Source: Heterodontus francisci
Lineage: Eukaryota
DNA length: 64,000 nt
Reading direction: 5' to 3'
Assembly (NCBI RefSeq): GCF_036365525.1
Contig: NC_090389.1
Coordinates: 38,066,973-38,130,972 of the forward strand
The position numbers and the translations under genes are program-made. The notes below the pieces were generated by a model, which ran no database searches, had not been told where the DNA came from, and saw only the letters and a list, made by a program, of their open reading frames with translations. Every line of letters begins with the position of its first letter. The first letter of the stretch is position 1. This document shows positions 1 to 11,019 of this stretch, one piece after another.

Positions 1-3
1 AAG

Positions 4-700
4 ATGGATACCAAATTTCCCAACATGAACTGGAAGGCCATGGATATCCTGTTTAAGTTCCAACTTGTCAAACAGACAATGCAGTTATGCTTCACAGACC
101 GAGTAATTGCAGAACCAGAAAAACAGGCTGTGGAAATACTAATAGATGTTGGAAATGCAGGATTACACAGAATCAATACATCTGGCTTATTTGAAGAGGA
201 CTAGAAAGACCCCACAAAGATATGGAAAGTGCTAGAAGATCAGCTCTGATTACAAGCGTATTTTAGAATTCACCGCCTGGAATTGATGTCCTACAGGCAA
301 CAGCCACAGGAATAATTTGACCAGTTCATCAGTAGATGCTAAAGTCAGGGCAACTTCTCAGAAACTGAGCTGTCGGACCGAATAATAGAGCTGGTGATTG
401 TATTGACCGACACCCATTGAAGCATTTCAGAAAGACTTCTTGGGGAAAAAGAAAGGTCACAGCATTGATGTAGTGCTGGAAAATGGCAAGAAATATGAAG
501 CCATAGCTGGACAACACCTGCAAGCAGTAGGTGGAGCCAACAATGTCAGCACCATAACCAGGTCGAAAAGAGCAAGCAAGCTGTGTGGTAAGCGTAGTCT
601 GTCCCACTCACGCGAACTTGTATTGCATTTCTTGACCAGTGCAAGGCGTGTGGTGCAAAAGGACACTGGGCCCGCCTATGCAGGAAATCTGACTCCAACG
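4..700 (+). pseudogene. gag: Gypsy-type gag (decayed; stops and frameshifts)
   Basis: ATG at 4; Gag-like segments (RLELMSYRQQPQE*FDQFISRC); canonical CX2CX4HX4C knuckle CKACGAKGHWARLC at 640-681, preceded by a degenerate first knuckle (CGKRSLSH). Confidence 0.85.
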
Positions 701-929
701 CATGGCCAGAAGCCACTGCAGGATACAGACAAACAGAAGACAGGCACAGCAACAGGGCAACAGCAGCAAGGAAAGTGTCAGAGACCTGTGTAAACGCAAG
801 CCAATACATGAAGTCCACAGTGAAACAGACCTGAGTAAAGACTCAGCGAGTCAGAAGACGAACAGGCTTTCCACATTGTGCACCTGACACATCACGTTGA
901 TGAAGTTAAACAACTGGAATATTGCGCCA

Positions 930-1260
930 CAATGAACATCATGTGCCCAAAGAAAGCTGGCAAACATACACTCAGGGTCAAGATTGACACCGGCGCTGGT
1001 GCAAATATCCTACCAGTCTGAATGCTCAAAGATATGTACCGGAGTTGTTGGAAATCAATGATACAACCGACAACTGCCAAGTTATCGGCATATAATGAGT
1101 CACCTATCCCTTGCAGTGGCACACTGTCCATGCAATGCAGACATCGCAAGTTGGCATGGAAACCACAAACCTTCTATCTAGTAGACACGAGCGGACCAGC
1201 AGTGGCAGGACTACCAGCATGTAAGGACCTCAACATCATAACTATCCACGAGAGCATTGG
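930..1260 (+). pseudogene. Retropepsin-type aspartic protease of the LTR element
   Basis: Frame of 971 reads LRVKIDTGAGANILPV*MLKD...KLSAYNESPIPCSG...FYLVDTSGPAVAGLPACKDLNII; DTG active site and C-terminal motif typical of Gypsy protease; TGA at 1019 consistent with CpG decay. Confidence 0.9.
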
Positions 1261-1297
1261 TAAGGGGAAATCTCCACAGACCGGAACCCACTTGCAG

Positions 1298-1503
1298 ACT
1301 CTGGCCAGCATCAAATGGTAGACCCTGGAAACCCAGCAACAGCACAAGTATGCCGCGCCTTCACTTCTGCTCTCGAGAGAACCGCCAGCAACACAAAGAG
1401 CCAGAATGGACAGATACCTCTATGAAACCAAGTACTCTTCCCCTAACAAGTCCTCGACCCTGAGTCCCAGGCCTTCAGACGCGCAGGATGAGGAGAGGCA
1501 AAG
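1298..1503 (+). pseudogene. myc: Captured Myc-family sequence, part 1 (Myc box IV, NLS-like segment, acidic stretch before the basic region)
   Basis: Reads LASIKW*TLETQQQHKYAAPSLLLSREPPATQRARMD...STLSPRPSDAQDEERQ; compare c-Myc LVLKRCHVSTHQHNYAAPP...PAAKRVKLD...SPRSSDTEENVKR and N-Myc QQHNYAAPS...LSPRNSDSEDSERR. Confidence 0.9.
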
Positions 1504-3188
1504 TCATAGAGTTATACAGCACAGAAACAGACCCTTCGGCCCATCATGACTGTGCCAGCCATCAAGCACCTAACTATTCTAATCCCATTTTCCAGCACTT
1601 GGCCTGTAGCCTTGTATGCTATGGCATTTCAAGTGCTCATCTAAATACTTCTTAAATGTTGCGAGGGTTCCTGCCTCTACCACCTCTTCAGGCAGTGCGT
1701 TCCAGATTCCAACCACCCTCTGGGTGATAAAAGTTTTCCTCAAATCCCCTCTAAACCTCCTGCACCTTACCTTAAATCTATGCCCCCTGGTTATTGACTA
1801 CACTGCGAAGGGAAAAAGTTTCTTCCTATCTAAAATTATCAATGCCCCTCATAATTTTGTATACCTCAATCATATCTCCCCTCAGCTTTCTCTGCTTTAA
1901 GGAAAACAGCCCTAGCCTTTTCAGTCTCTCTTCATAGCTGAAATGCTCCAGACCAGGGAACATCCTGGTGAATCTCCTCTGCACCCTCGCCAGTGCAATC
2001 ACATCCTTCCTATAGTGTGGTGCCGAGAACTGTACACAGTACTCCAGCTGTGACCTAACTAGCGTTTTATACAGCTCCATCATAACCTCCCTGCTCTTAT
2101 ATTCTATGCCTTGGCTAATAAAGGCAAGTATCCCATATGCTTTCCTAACCACCTTATCTTCCTGTGCTGCTGCCTTCAGTGATCTATGAGCAAGTACACC
2201 AAGGTCTCTCTGACCCTCTGTACTTCCTAGAGTCCTACCATCCATTGTATATTCCCTAGCCTTGTTAGTCCTCCCAAAATGCATCACCTTACATTTCTCG
2301 GGATTAAATTTCATTTGCAACAGCTCCGCCCATCTTACCAGCCCATCTATATCGTCCTGTAATTTAAGGCTTTCCTCTTCATTATTTACGACACCACCAA
2401 TTTTCGTGTCATCTGTGAACTTACTGATTATATCTCCTATATTCACGTCTAAATCATTAATGTCCACTACAAACAGCAAGAGTCCCAGCACTGATCTCTG
2501 CGGTACACCACTGGTCACAGGCTTCCACTTGTAAAAGCAACCCTTGACTATTACCCGCTGCCTTCTGCCACGAAGCCAATTTTGGATCCAATTTGCCAAA
2601 TTGCCCTGGATCCCATGGACTCTTACCTTCCTAACGAATCTCCCATGTGGGACCTTATCAAAAGCCTTACTAAAATCCATATAGACTACATCAACTGCTT
2701 TACCCTCATCTACACATTTTGTCACCGCCTCAAAAAATTCAATCAAGTTAGTCAGACACGATCTCCCCTGACAAAGCCATGCTGACTATCCCTGATTAAT
2801 CCCTGCCTCTCCAAGTGGCGATTAATCCTGTCCCGCAGAATTTTTTCCAATAGTTTCCCAACCACTGATGTTAGACTCACTGCCTGTAAATACCTGGTTT
2901 ATCCCTGCTACCCTTCTTAAATAATGGTACCACATTCGCTGTCCTCCAGTCCTCTGGTACCTCTCCTGTGGCCAGAGAGGATTTGAAAATTTGGGTCAGA
3001 GCCCCTGCCTCCTCCCTTGCCTCACATAACAGCCTGGGATACATCTCATCTGGGTCTGTGGATTTATCCACTTTTAAGCCCGCTAAAACAGCTAATACTT
3101 CCTCCCTTTCAATGCTAATATGTTCAAGTATATCACAATCCCCCTCCCTGATCTCTACACCTACGTCGTCCTTATCCATAGTGAACAC
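1504..3188 (-). mobile_element. CR1 LINE, 5'-truncated (RT region + 3' tail), inserted into the myc sequence
   Basis: ORFs 1826-2746 (DFSKAFDKVPH, SGVPQRSVLG, KFTDD) and 2877-3236 (ANVVPLFKKG); short-repeat tail next to 1504. Confidence 0.95.
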
Positions 3189-3440
3189 AGAACACGCAAT
3201 GTCCTGAAGAGGCAGAGGAAGAATGAGTTGAAGCATTGTCTATTGGCTCTTCAAGATGAGGTGCTGGAACCTTCCAAGAATGTTTGGGGCTCAAAAGTGG
3301 TCCTTTTGAGAAAAGCAACAGAGTATGCTAGCAGGCTGAAGGCAGAGCAACAGAAACTGAATGGAGAGAGGGAGAAATCTTAGGAAGAACAGCAACAGAT
3401 GAGATGCAAATTCCCCGAGCAAGAGTTGTCAAACCACCGA
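3189..3440 (+). pseudogene. myc: Captured Myc-family sequence, part 2 (bHLH-leucine zipper)
   Basis: RTRNVLKRQRKNELKHCLLALQDEVLEPSKNVWGSKVVLLRKATEYASRLKAEQQKLNGEREK...QQQMRCK aligns without gaps to c-Myc [57 protein letters not shown]; stop/indel near 3381. Confidence 0.95.
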
Positions 3441-3559
3441 GATGATATCTCGACTTTTGAGCCTCTATATTTGTGAATTTTACAATTTCTATCCATGTGT
3501 AAATAATCTTGATGTTATCTATTTTATGTTTTTACTTTTAGCATAAGAGACCTATCTTT

Positions 3560-3573
3560 GGAAAGAAGGGGGA
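3560..3573 (+). other. Polypurine tract (plus-strand primer site)
   Basis: GGAAAGAAGGGGGA immediately 5' of the TG start of the LTR. Confidence 0.8.
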
Positions 3574-3811
3574 TGTTGTATGATTGCCTTAAAGAGTGAG
3601 ATCCCTTTAAGATCTTAGTATGCTAATGAGCTAAGTACCAGGACCTAGTCATGTGACTGCAAGTCAGGGTCACTCTGCAACTGTAACACCTGGAGGCAAG
3701 TTCTGTAAATAGTCAGATTGTACTGTATGTAATAGTTAGCTGTAAGAAACCTGTTTGAGATCTTCAACTAACTGGACTCCACACATCTCATTTATGTTGC
3801 ATCAGACAACA
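3574..3811 (+). mobile_element. 3' LTR (~238 bp)
   Basis: Starts TGTTGTATGAT, ends ATCAGACAACA (10/11 inverted match); probable decayed poly(A) signal near 3744; alternative end at 3828 (TCATTACA). Confidence 0.7.
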
Positions 3812-4469
3812 TAAAAGAACTCATTACATCTTTCTTTTTTTTGGCTGAGTAGTTTTGTGTTTTGAGTTGATAGAGTATCAAGCCACTTATCAGTTAATTT
3901 GTTTTTAAAAATTCTGTTCAACTTAAATAGCCACATTTGTAATTTTGTCCAAATTTAGTGTTAATGTATGAAATGTGCCAAGAAACCTTGAATGAGGTAG
4001 AAAAGATAAATTACTTGATCATCTTTCCACATCTATTTCTAAGTATATATATATATTTTTATCCATGAAAGAAGTTATGCCTTGAACTGATTCTCTTTAT
4101 TCGCGAGCTCCCCACCATCATCTCGTCTATCGGTGTAAGGTTCCAAGAGCCATCTTTAGATGTGAACCTGAGTGATAAACAGGCTATTTTACTGTAGGGG
4201 ATAGTACAGCTGAGCTTCATCCTGTTTTCACCATATATCCTTACATGTCCCAGTTCAGGAGCTTGGTATAATTCAGTCACATGTCATCCTTACGAACTGA
4301 GCCATCAGCAAGAGAGCTCTTCTGTCTCAGATTTTCTTCTCTCCAGTCAGTGGCCACTCTCCACTACTTCACCCAAGTAACCAATTTTCATGTTTTAGTC
4401 TAGACAGTGATTATTGACTAATCTGTCAATTATGGGGCCATCACAGGTAAGTTTGATCCTGACCTCATC

Positions 4470-4473
<4 letters not shown>

Positions 4474-4505
<32 letters not shown>
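4474..4505. repeat. (AC)n microsatellite
   Basis: Perfect dinucleotide run of about 16 units. Confidence 0.95.
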
Positions 4506-4508
<3 letters not shown>

Positions 4509-5354
4509 ACACAATCCAAAAATGCTGGTAATACTCAGCAGGTCACCATTTGTATTATTAGAGAGTCAGGAATGGGAACATGCTGATTTACCCTTACCTA
4601 TCCCTGGGATAGTTGAAATACTTTTACTGCCCCCAAGCTGAAATCAACCAACTCTAGCCCAGCCAGGAAATTAAATCTGTGATCTTCTGATCTGTGAGGC
4701 AATGTTACTAATTACAATGAAAGTGGTTTTGGTCTAGTTTTTGGATTCTTTTTAAAACAAAACTAATCACAGCCATAATCTTGACTCACATTTAACTTAA
4801 TACAATTTGTTCTGTTGCCTGTCAGGCTTGAGAGAGGAGCTAAGCCACATATTTCAAATGTATGTACATAATGTGTCATTGGTTCAGCTTTTTAGTGATA
4901 ACAAGTTACATTTGAATTGGAATGCCAGTTATTAAAATCCATCTAGCCTGCAAAAAGTCAAAGGATAGTTCAATGGCTGGAACTGTTCATTAAGGAAGCT
5001 GGTAGAGGAGAATTAAATCAATTGGAAACGTCACAGAAAGACGTTGCATTCCATGGTGTGTGGGGGGGGGGGGGGGGGGGGGAGAGGTGTTGCTGGAGAA
5101 TCGGAGCAGCAGCAGGCACCATGGAACCTAATGCCGGGATTGCCAGTCCCGATCTTCCCAGCGGTGGGGAAGCTCCGTGGTGGCCCCTCTGCCGCTCTGC
5201 AATGGGACCCAGCTTTCCATATGCTAATTAGATTTTTGCATTAAGTTAAATGTAACCCGCAGTGATCTTACCTTCAGTTCCCGATTTTCAGCACAATGTG
5301 CGGCACTCACAAGCCTTTCCCGTCCAGGCAAAGCTGGCGCCACTGAGGTAAGGA

Positions 5355-5490
5355 AGGGGGTCAACTCTGTCTTATGTTGTATATGGTGGGGGGGAGGGGG
5401 TCAACTTTGCATTATGTTGTGCATAGGGGGAAGGGGTCAACTTTGTTATGTTGTGTATGGGGGGGGAAAGGGGTAAACTCTGTACTCTGA
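5355..5490. repeat. Short tandem array (~37-41 bp unit, ~4 copies) inside a GC-rich probable non-autonomous element (~5050-5720)
   Basis: Repeated GGGGTCAACTTTG...TTATGTTGT...GGGGG units. Confidence 0.7.
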
Positions 5491-6479
5491 CGGGTGGAGG
5501 GGGCATTATGGTGTATTGTTTGCAGGGCTGGCAGCCTTTTAAAAATGGTACCAGCACCTATCCTTCAACAGGTGACACTGTGAATGGCGTCGCCGAGGCC
5601 GCCCCACCATGTGATTGGCGGGGGCGGCCACCATGCATATGCAAAGTGCACGCCAGGCACAAGATCGCCACGGTGTGGTGGCTACCATTTTCTGCACCTT
5701 ATCCAGCCCAAGGTTACTAGCAAGCTTCTGCCATTAGAAAAGATTATAAGAAATTAAAAGAACTTGTATAAAAAAAGTTCTGTGAAAGAGTTTATAGATT
5801 GCTCACTATAGAGATAGAAATGCTGGGCTGGATTTTATGGGGCCACTTAGAACGTCTTCAGAAGTGGAGGGGGCTTTAAAATCTGAATGAAACATGTTGA
5901 ACCGGAAGTCTGGCATCTTTACATTGTTTCTGGATATAACTGATGGTGGTAAACATGGAGGACGCACCTTGCACAATGATGTGGCAGGGAGCAATTAAGG
6001 TATTTAAAAGGCCAATTAAATGGAATTTTACAGTGTATTTCTGATTTTACTAATGCCGCATGGGAACCACAGGACTTCAGAGCCTCGCCTGGTTAAAGGA
6101 GGCGGCAAGGGAGCGAGAGATCATTGCTGTTGCTCTCAGCCAGCCATTGAGAGAGTTAGCGTGCCATGCCAGGAAGGGTGGGGCACAGAGAGCATTGCCA
6201 AATGACTATAGAGTGGGGGAAAATTGCTAGCATTGCAGGGGCATTTGTTCCACAGGACCGATTCAGGAAAAGAAGATGATCATCTGGATAGAAGGCGTAG
6301 GACTAGGAGGGGTCCACCTGCCATGGGCCTCATCCACCCAGGCTTCAGGGCCTCCATTGAGGAAGAGGAGTAGCTGAGAGGGAGGGAGGTCCAGGCACCA
6401 GCGTGGGCACTTCAGCAAATTCAGGACCAGCAAGATGGTCAGCCTCAGGGTGGGCATGCCAGAGAAGGGTGCAGAGGGG

Positions 6480-7370
6480 TACATCAACAGTCTGCTGAAG
6501 AGGCTATCCCAAGGACACAGTCTACTACCCGAGGCTCAACTATCACCAGATGTCCGAGCGGCAGTGTTAGCAAAGACTGCAACTCTCCAGGGAGACCGTG
6601 ACTGATCTCTGCACCATGAGGCTGGGTGAGCTGAGACCCATGGGTGTTGCTGGACACCCAATGTCAGTGGAACTGAAGATCACCGTGGTTGTCAACTACT
6701 ATGCCTCCAGCTCTTTCCACTGGGGACATGTGTATGATCTCCCAGTCTTCAGCCCATCAGTGCATTAAGGCGATGACCAATGCCCTGTTCAAGAGGGATG
6801 GTGACTATGTGTGCTACACCACACCGATCCAGACACTCAGGTGGAGAGGATGATTGGGTTGAGGGCCATTGCTGTGTTTTCCCAAGGGCAAGGTGTCATG
6901 GACTGCACACATTTGGCCATCAAGGCTTCCATGTACCAGCCAGCAGCCTTAATCAACAGAAAGGGTTTCCACTCGCTCAATGTTCAACTGGTCTGCGACC
7001 ACCGAAAGTGGATCCTTCAGGTGTGTGCATGGTTCCTGGGAAGCAACCACAATGCCTACATACTTCAGCAGTCCCAGGTGCCATAGCTTCTCCGATCTCT
7101 TGCGTGCCTTCACGGATGGATACCGGGAGACAAGGCATACCTGCTGAAGACATGGCTGCTCACACCTATGATGAAACCATGCACAGATAGTGACGAGAGG
7201 TACAACACCTGCTATGGGTCAACCCGTGCGACCATTGAGTGGACCATAGGTCTACTGAAGATGTGGTTCAGGTGTCTTGATCGATCTGATGGAGCCTTTC
7301 AGTATTCCTCAGCGAAAGTCTCTCATATCGTGCTGGTCTGATGTGCTCTGCACAACCTGGCACTGTAAAG
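6480..7370 (+). pseudogene. Harbinger DDE transposase (HARBI1-like), disrupted
   Basis: GVMDCTHLAI, NRKGFHSLNVQLVCD, GSNHNAYIL, GDKAYLLKTWLLTP, RATIEWTIGLLKMWFRCLD, CALHNLA motifs; stops and frameshifts. Confidence 0.92.
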
Positions 7371-7849
7371 GGGGGAGATGTTGCACAATGAGGACATCAT
7401 CGGTCATGATGCCTCCTCCAATGAGGATGTGGAGAAGGTTGCTGTCCAGGTGATGCAAGGTGAGAGACCCCAGGGACCACAGGCAACATGCAAAGAGATA
7501 TGTGCAAGGGAGGTTCAGAACATGCTAATACACAGACATTTCCTTTTACCCTTATGATCTGCAGAAAGATTCCAATAAAGCCTTATCTTTATGTAGCCCT
7601 GCTGTCACCTCCTTCATATTGCACTCTATCACCCAGAAGCACAGTGGCAAGTCTTAGGAGCTGACCAAATGTGGCTTAGTCTATTGCTTTCAGCCCATTG
7701 AGGGAGTCAGGTTGTAGATGAGGTCCTGCAGGGCAGCACGAAATAGAAGGAGAAGCAACATCAGTGTGTTAGCCCTTTTATTACATGGCACAACAAATGC
7801 GATGGTTAACATCTACATTTCTATTCACCCGTGAACCCCAACTGCAGCT

Positions 7850-9650
7850 AGGTGCTCTTCCTAACTCTTTTACAAGTGCTCCTACAAGGTGCTGCCCCTG
7901 TGCCTAAAGCAGTGGTGGAGGCAGGCTGCTGATTGTGCTGTCCCATGGTTTGGGATGACCTTGACCATTGTCCTCTGGCTGCCTGAGGTCTGGAGGGTCC
8001 GGACATGCTTAAGGGCTCCTGCACATGTGCAGGACCCTCCTCTGCTATTGCAGCTATGTGAGGCGTTGGTGTATCTGACAGAGCAGATGAAGGGCCTGCC
8101 TACTCAGGAGTGCCCTGAGAGGAGCCCCCATTTGCAGAAGGCAGCGGCTCCTCCTCCCTTGCAAGTCACACTTGTACCTCCCTGATGACCTGACAAGGAC
8201 GAGGACCTGGTGGGGACTCCAGGTGCCTTGACACCCTCTTGCTTTGCCACTGCTGCATAGAGCTCATGGACAAAGCGATGGCATGCAGGTCTGCGCGCAT
8301 CTCCGGAATCCACTGAGTGGTCTGCTGGATCAGGCCCTCCATGAAGGTGGCCAATCTTTCCATGGAGAAAGCCATGTGTGCACACACCAGAAACATAGCA
8401 GCACTCATGACCTGGATGGACCCCTCCATCATCCATGCATGGTTGCGCATAGCCTCTGGAAGCTCCCCCAGATGTTCCTGCACACCTCTCTGCAGCTCCA
8501 GCGGTTACTGTTTGCTGATGACTCTACGTCATCAGCCTTTGGCTCTGCATCAGCCTGGCCTCCCACACTCCTGCAACTATCAAAGGTCTCAGCTGTCACA
8601 GCCTCCATTAGCTGCTTGGGCACATCTGTGCTGTGCTCACCAGGTTGTGAGTCCAATTCTAAGCATGAACAAATAAATACCTCCCAATGTGAGTATATCT
8701 GCTTTGGTGAAGGGTGCAGGAATGATGTGATGGTGCGTCCTCTGAGGATCCTTCGTCCTCCTCAGAGGCGGCTGGCTGGTCCCTGGTCTCTCCAGCTCTT
8801 GGCACTTCAGCATGACCCTGACCTGCATGAGAGAACCGATACATTGAAGGGTTAAGAGCTTTCAGTTTCCACATCCCAACTATCCCTGTTGTGGAGCTCT
8901 ATGTGTCCAGTGGTGGACACATGAGCATTATGCCTCACGTGTGTCAGATGCACCCTTGAGCCCCTCCACTTGTTCACTCACCCTCTTGGGTGGGCACTCC
9001 TGTTGTGCCATCAGCAATCATATGGCCGCCCTGATGCCCTGCCATTTCCAAGGCTGCCGCCTCCATGCAGATACACCACCGCTCCACTGGCCTTTGCCCT
9101 TTCCTTACTGTTGTGTGCTGTCTTCTCCAGCAAGGACAAGAAAGAACACTGTTAGCTTCCCCACAGAGACAAGCACAATGCCTATGCTGGTGGCAGCCCA
9201 GAGGTCCATGATGGGGGCAAGTGAATGCCTCCTGCATGAAGCCAATCTTGAAGGACATTGTGAGGGTCAGGGATGACAGGTGGGTGCCTCTCACCAAGAC
9301 GCAGTCATTCCTCTGACAGGATATGCTACGTCCTGACTCCTTTGCCATCTACTATGGGGTCATTCTTTCTCCACCAAACACACCCTTTTGCGTTGCCACA
9401 TACAAGGCCCAAAGGGAAAAGAGGTATGCAATACCTTGGCAGACCAAAGGAGGTCATTTGCCTGCTTGTGGCACTGTATCCAGGTTCTCTGGGTGACCCA
9501 ATGGCTGCTGGCTTCTTCTGCAATCCAGGATTGTTTGGTCAGGTGGGGCCCTCTCCTTGTCCTCTCCCTGGGGAAGAGGATTTCCTGCCTTGCCCTTGCA
9601 ACCTGCGGAGAACCTGCAGGGAAGCATCGCTGAACCATGGGGCCATATGG
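7850..9650 (-). pseudogene. Harbinger Myb/SANT-like accessory protein (spliced, decayed)
   Basis: APWFSDASLQV...RQEILFP...QSWIAEEASSHWVTQRTWIQCHKQANDL at ~9430-9650, followed by acidic/coiled segments downstream; exon bounds approximate. Confidence 0.75.
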
Positions 9651-11019
9651 GGTCCTTCCTCTGCCCTTCGGCCTGCAGCCTTCTGTTCAGCTCCTTGGCA
9701 GCAGTTAGGCAGAGGCTCTTTCAGAGCGGGGTAAGTGAATGCAGGGCTGGCAGCCCTTTAAATATAGTGCCAGAACCTGCCTCAGTGTCACCTAAAACTG
9801 CATTGCCTCCCGACTGTCCAGTCCAATTAGATGGCCCCTGCATCTCCACTGAGTTAATTGTCCGGCCACTGTCAGATCGCGTGCAGCCGGTTGCTGAACA
9901 CCAAGTGGAGGTGGCACCCACTTCTGATGCCGCTGCCGGGACCTGTGGCCTTGCCGCAAAATCCAGCCTGTCCTTTTTTTTCATTTGAGAAGGAGCTAAT
10001 AGAATGTTAATAATTATGTTAAACTCAATTTATAGCAAAGTCTGAAGTTGGGATTCTTTATTGCTTCCTGAAAACAGGAGACAGATCTATTGAGGCATAA
10101 AGTAATTTCAGTAGCTAAATAATCAATAGAAAGGTTGTTCTGTTTGTTGTCCTGTACACGTTACTAAAAGCTCAACTTGATATGAAAGCTAAAGGAAATG
10201 TTCTCAAAGGGGTAAGGAATTGTAAGAGTGATATAGAGTATGGAAACAGAGAAATCTAGAGTACAATAGACTTCAGAATAAAAGTTATGTGCTGCTTTTG
10301 CAAACTGAGCCATCAGGGAAGCTTCCAAATTGATTTTCAACAAAACTGAAGAACAACCACTTCACACTTCCACAAAACTAATTTAACATATTATGGTTTT
10401 CAAATCAGGGCAGTTTAGATTCAGAACACTTTTCCTTGTATTGAGGCTATGACATTGCACGACTCTAATCATTTTTTAAAGAATAACAGTCAAATATGTG
10501 AATTATGCACACATATGTCAATCACTTGTATTTGATGTGAATGGTCAGGGTTTTGGGCCCATGCCTGTGATGATTTTTACCTTTGAATGCAGTCATGTGA
10601 ATTTCTCATGAGACCAGGAATTCCTGTCTATTTTATGTAGCAGCTGGAATCAATTACAGCAGCCAGACTCAGATAGTAGTAACGCTAGGGAGAGAGAAGA
10701 GATGTAGTCCTTTAGGAGAGTGGGAGAGAGGGAGAAAACCTGGATCAGTACTTTGCGGAGAGAAGCCAGGAATAGTATTCTGATGGGGAGGAGGTGGGCG
10801 TGGTGCTTTGGGGATAAAGAGGAAAGAAGGCAAGATTGACATTTTGTTGGATGGGGAAGCAGGAATGAGGGGAAATTAGAGTATCAGCATGATGGTGAAG
10901 GATAGAGGCAGTTTGAATCAAGTTAGATGAGTGTCAATTTGAATTGAGGATAGAGAGGAAGAATGATTGTCATTAGACTTAAGAACAAGATCTAGAAAGA
11001 CTAAGGAGGGCTGAACTGT

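Larger units (their letters stand above)
4..3811 (+). mobile_element. Non-autonomous Ty3/Gypsy-like LTR retrotransposon (gag-pro-[captured myc]-PPT-3'LTR); 5' LTR would lie upstream of the window; interrupted by a CR1
   Basis: Gag with CCHC knuckle, protease DTGA motif, polypurine tract at 3560-3573 directly before a TG...CA LTR with inverted termini; no RT/IN sequence apart from the antisense CR1 insert. Confidence 0.85.
5825..9969 (+). mobile_element. PIF/Harbinger DNA transposon, near full length, decayed
   Basis: TIRs GGGCTGGATTTT (5825) / AAAATCCAGCCT (9958-9969); convergent transposase (+) and Myb/SANT-like (-) genes. Confidence 0.88.

Noticed and set aside
3120-3383. 87-aa ORF as an intact host myc exon
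   Set aside because: Its first ~23 codons are antisense CR1, there is no splice acceptor, a stop truncates the zipper, and it sits between a retroelement protease and a PPT/LTR.
5061-5082. Poly-G run as a functional G-quadruplex
   Set aside because: Simple homopolymer in a repeat-derived region; could be slippage or a sequencing artefact.
6480-7370. Domesticated HARBI1 gene
   Set aside because: Multiple stops/frameshifts, flanking TIRs and a partner Myb-like ORF indicate a transposon copy.
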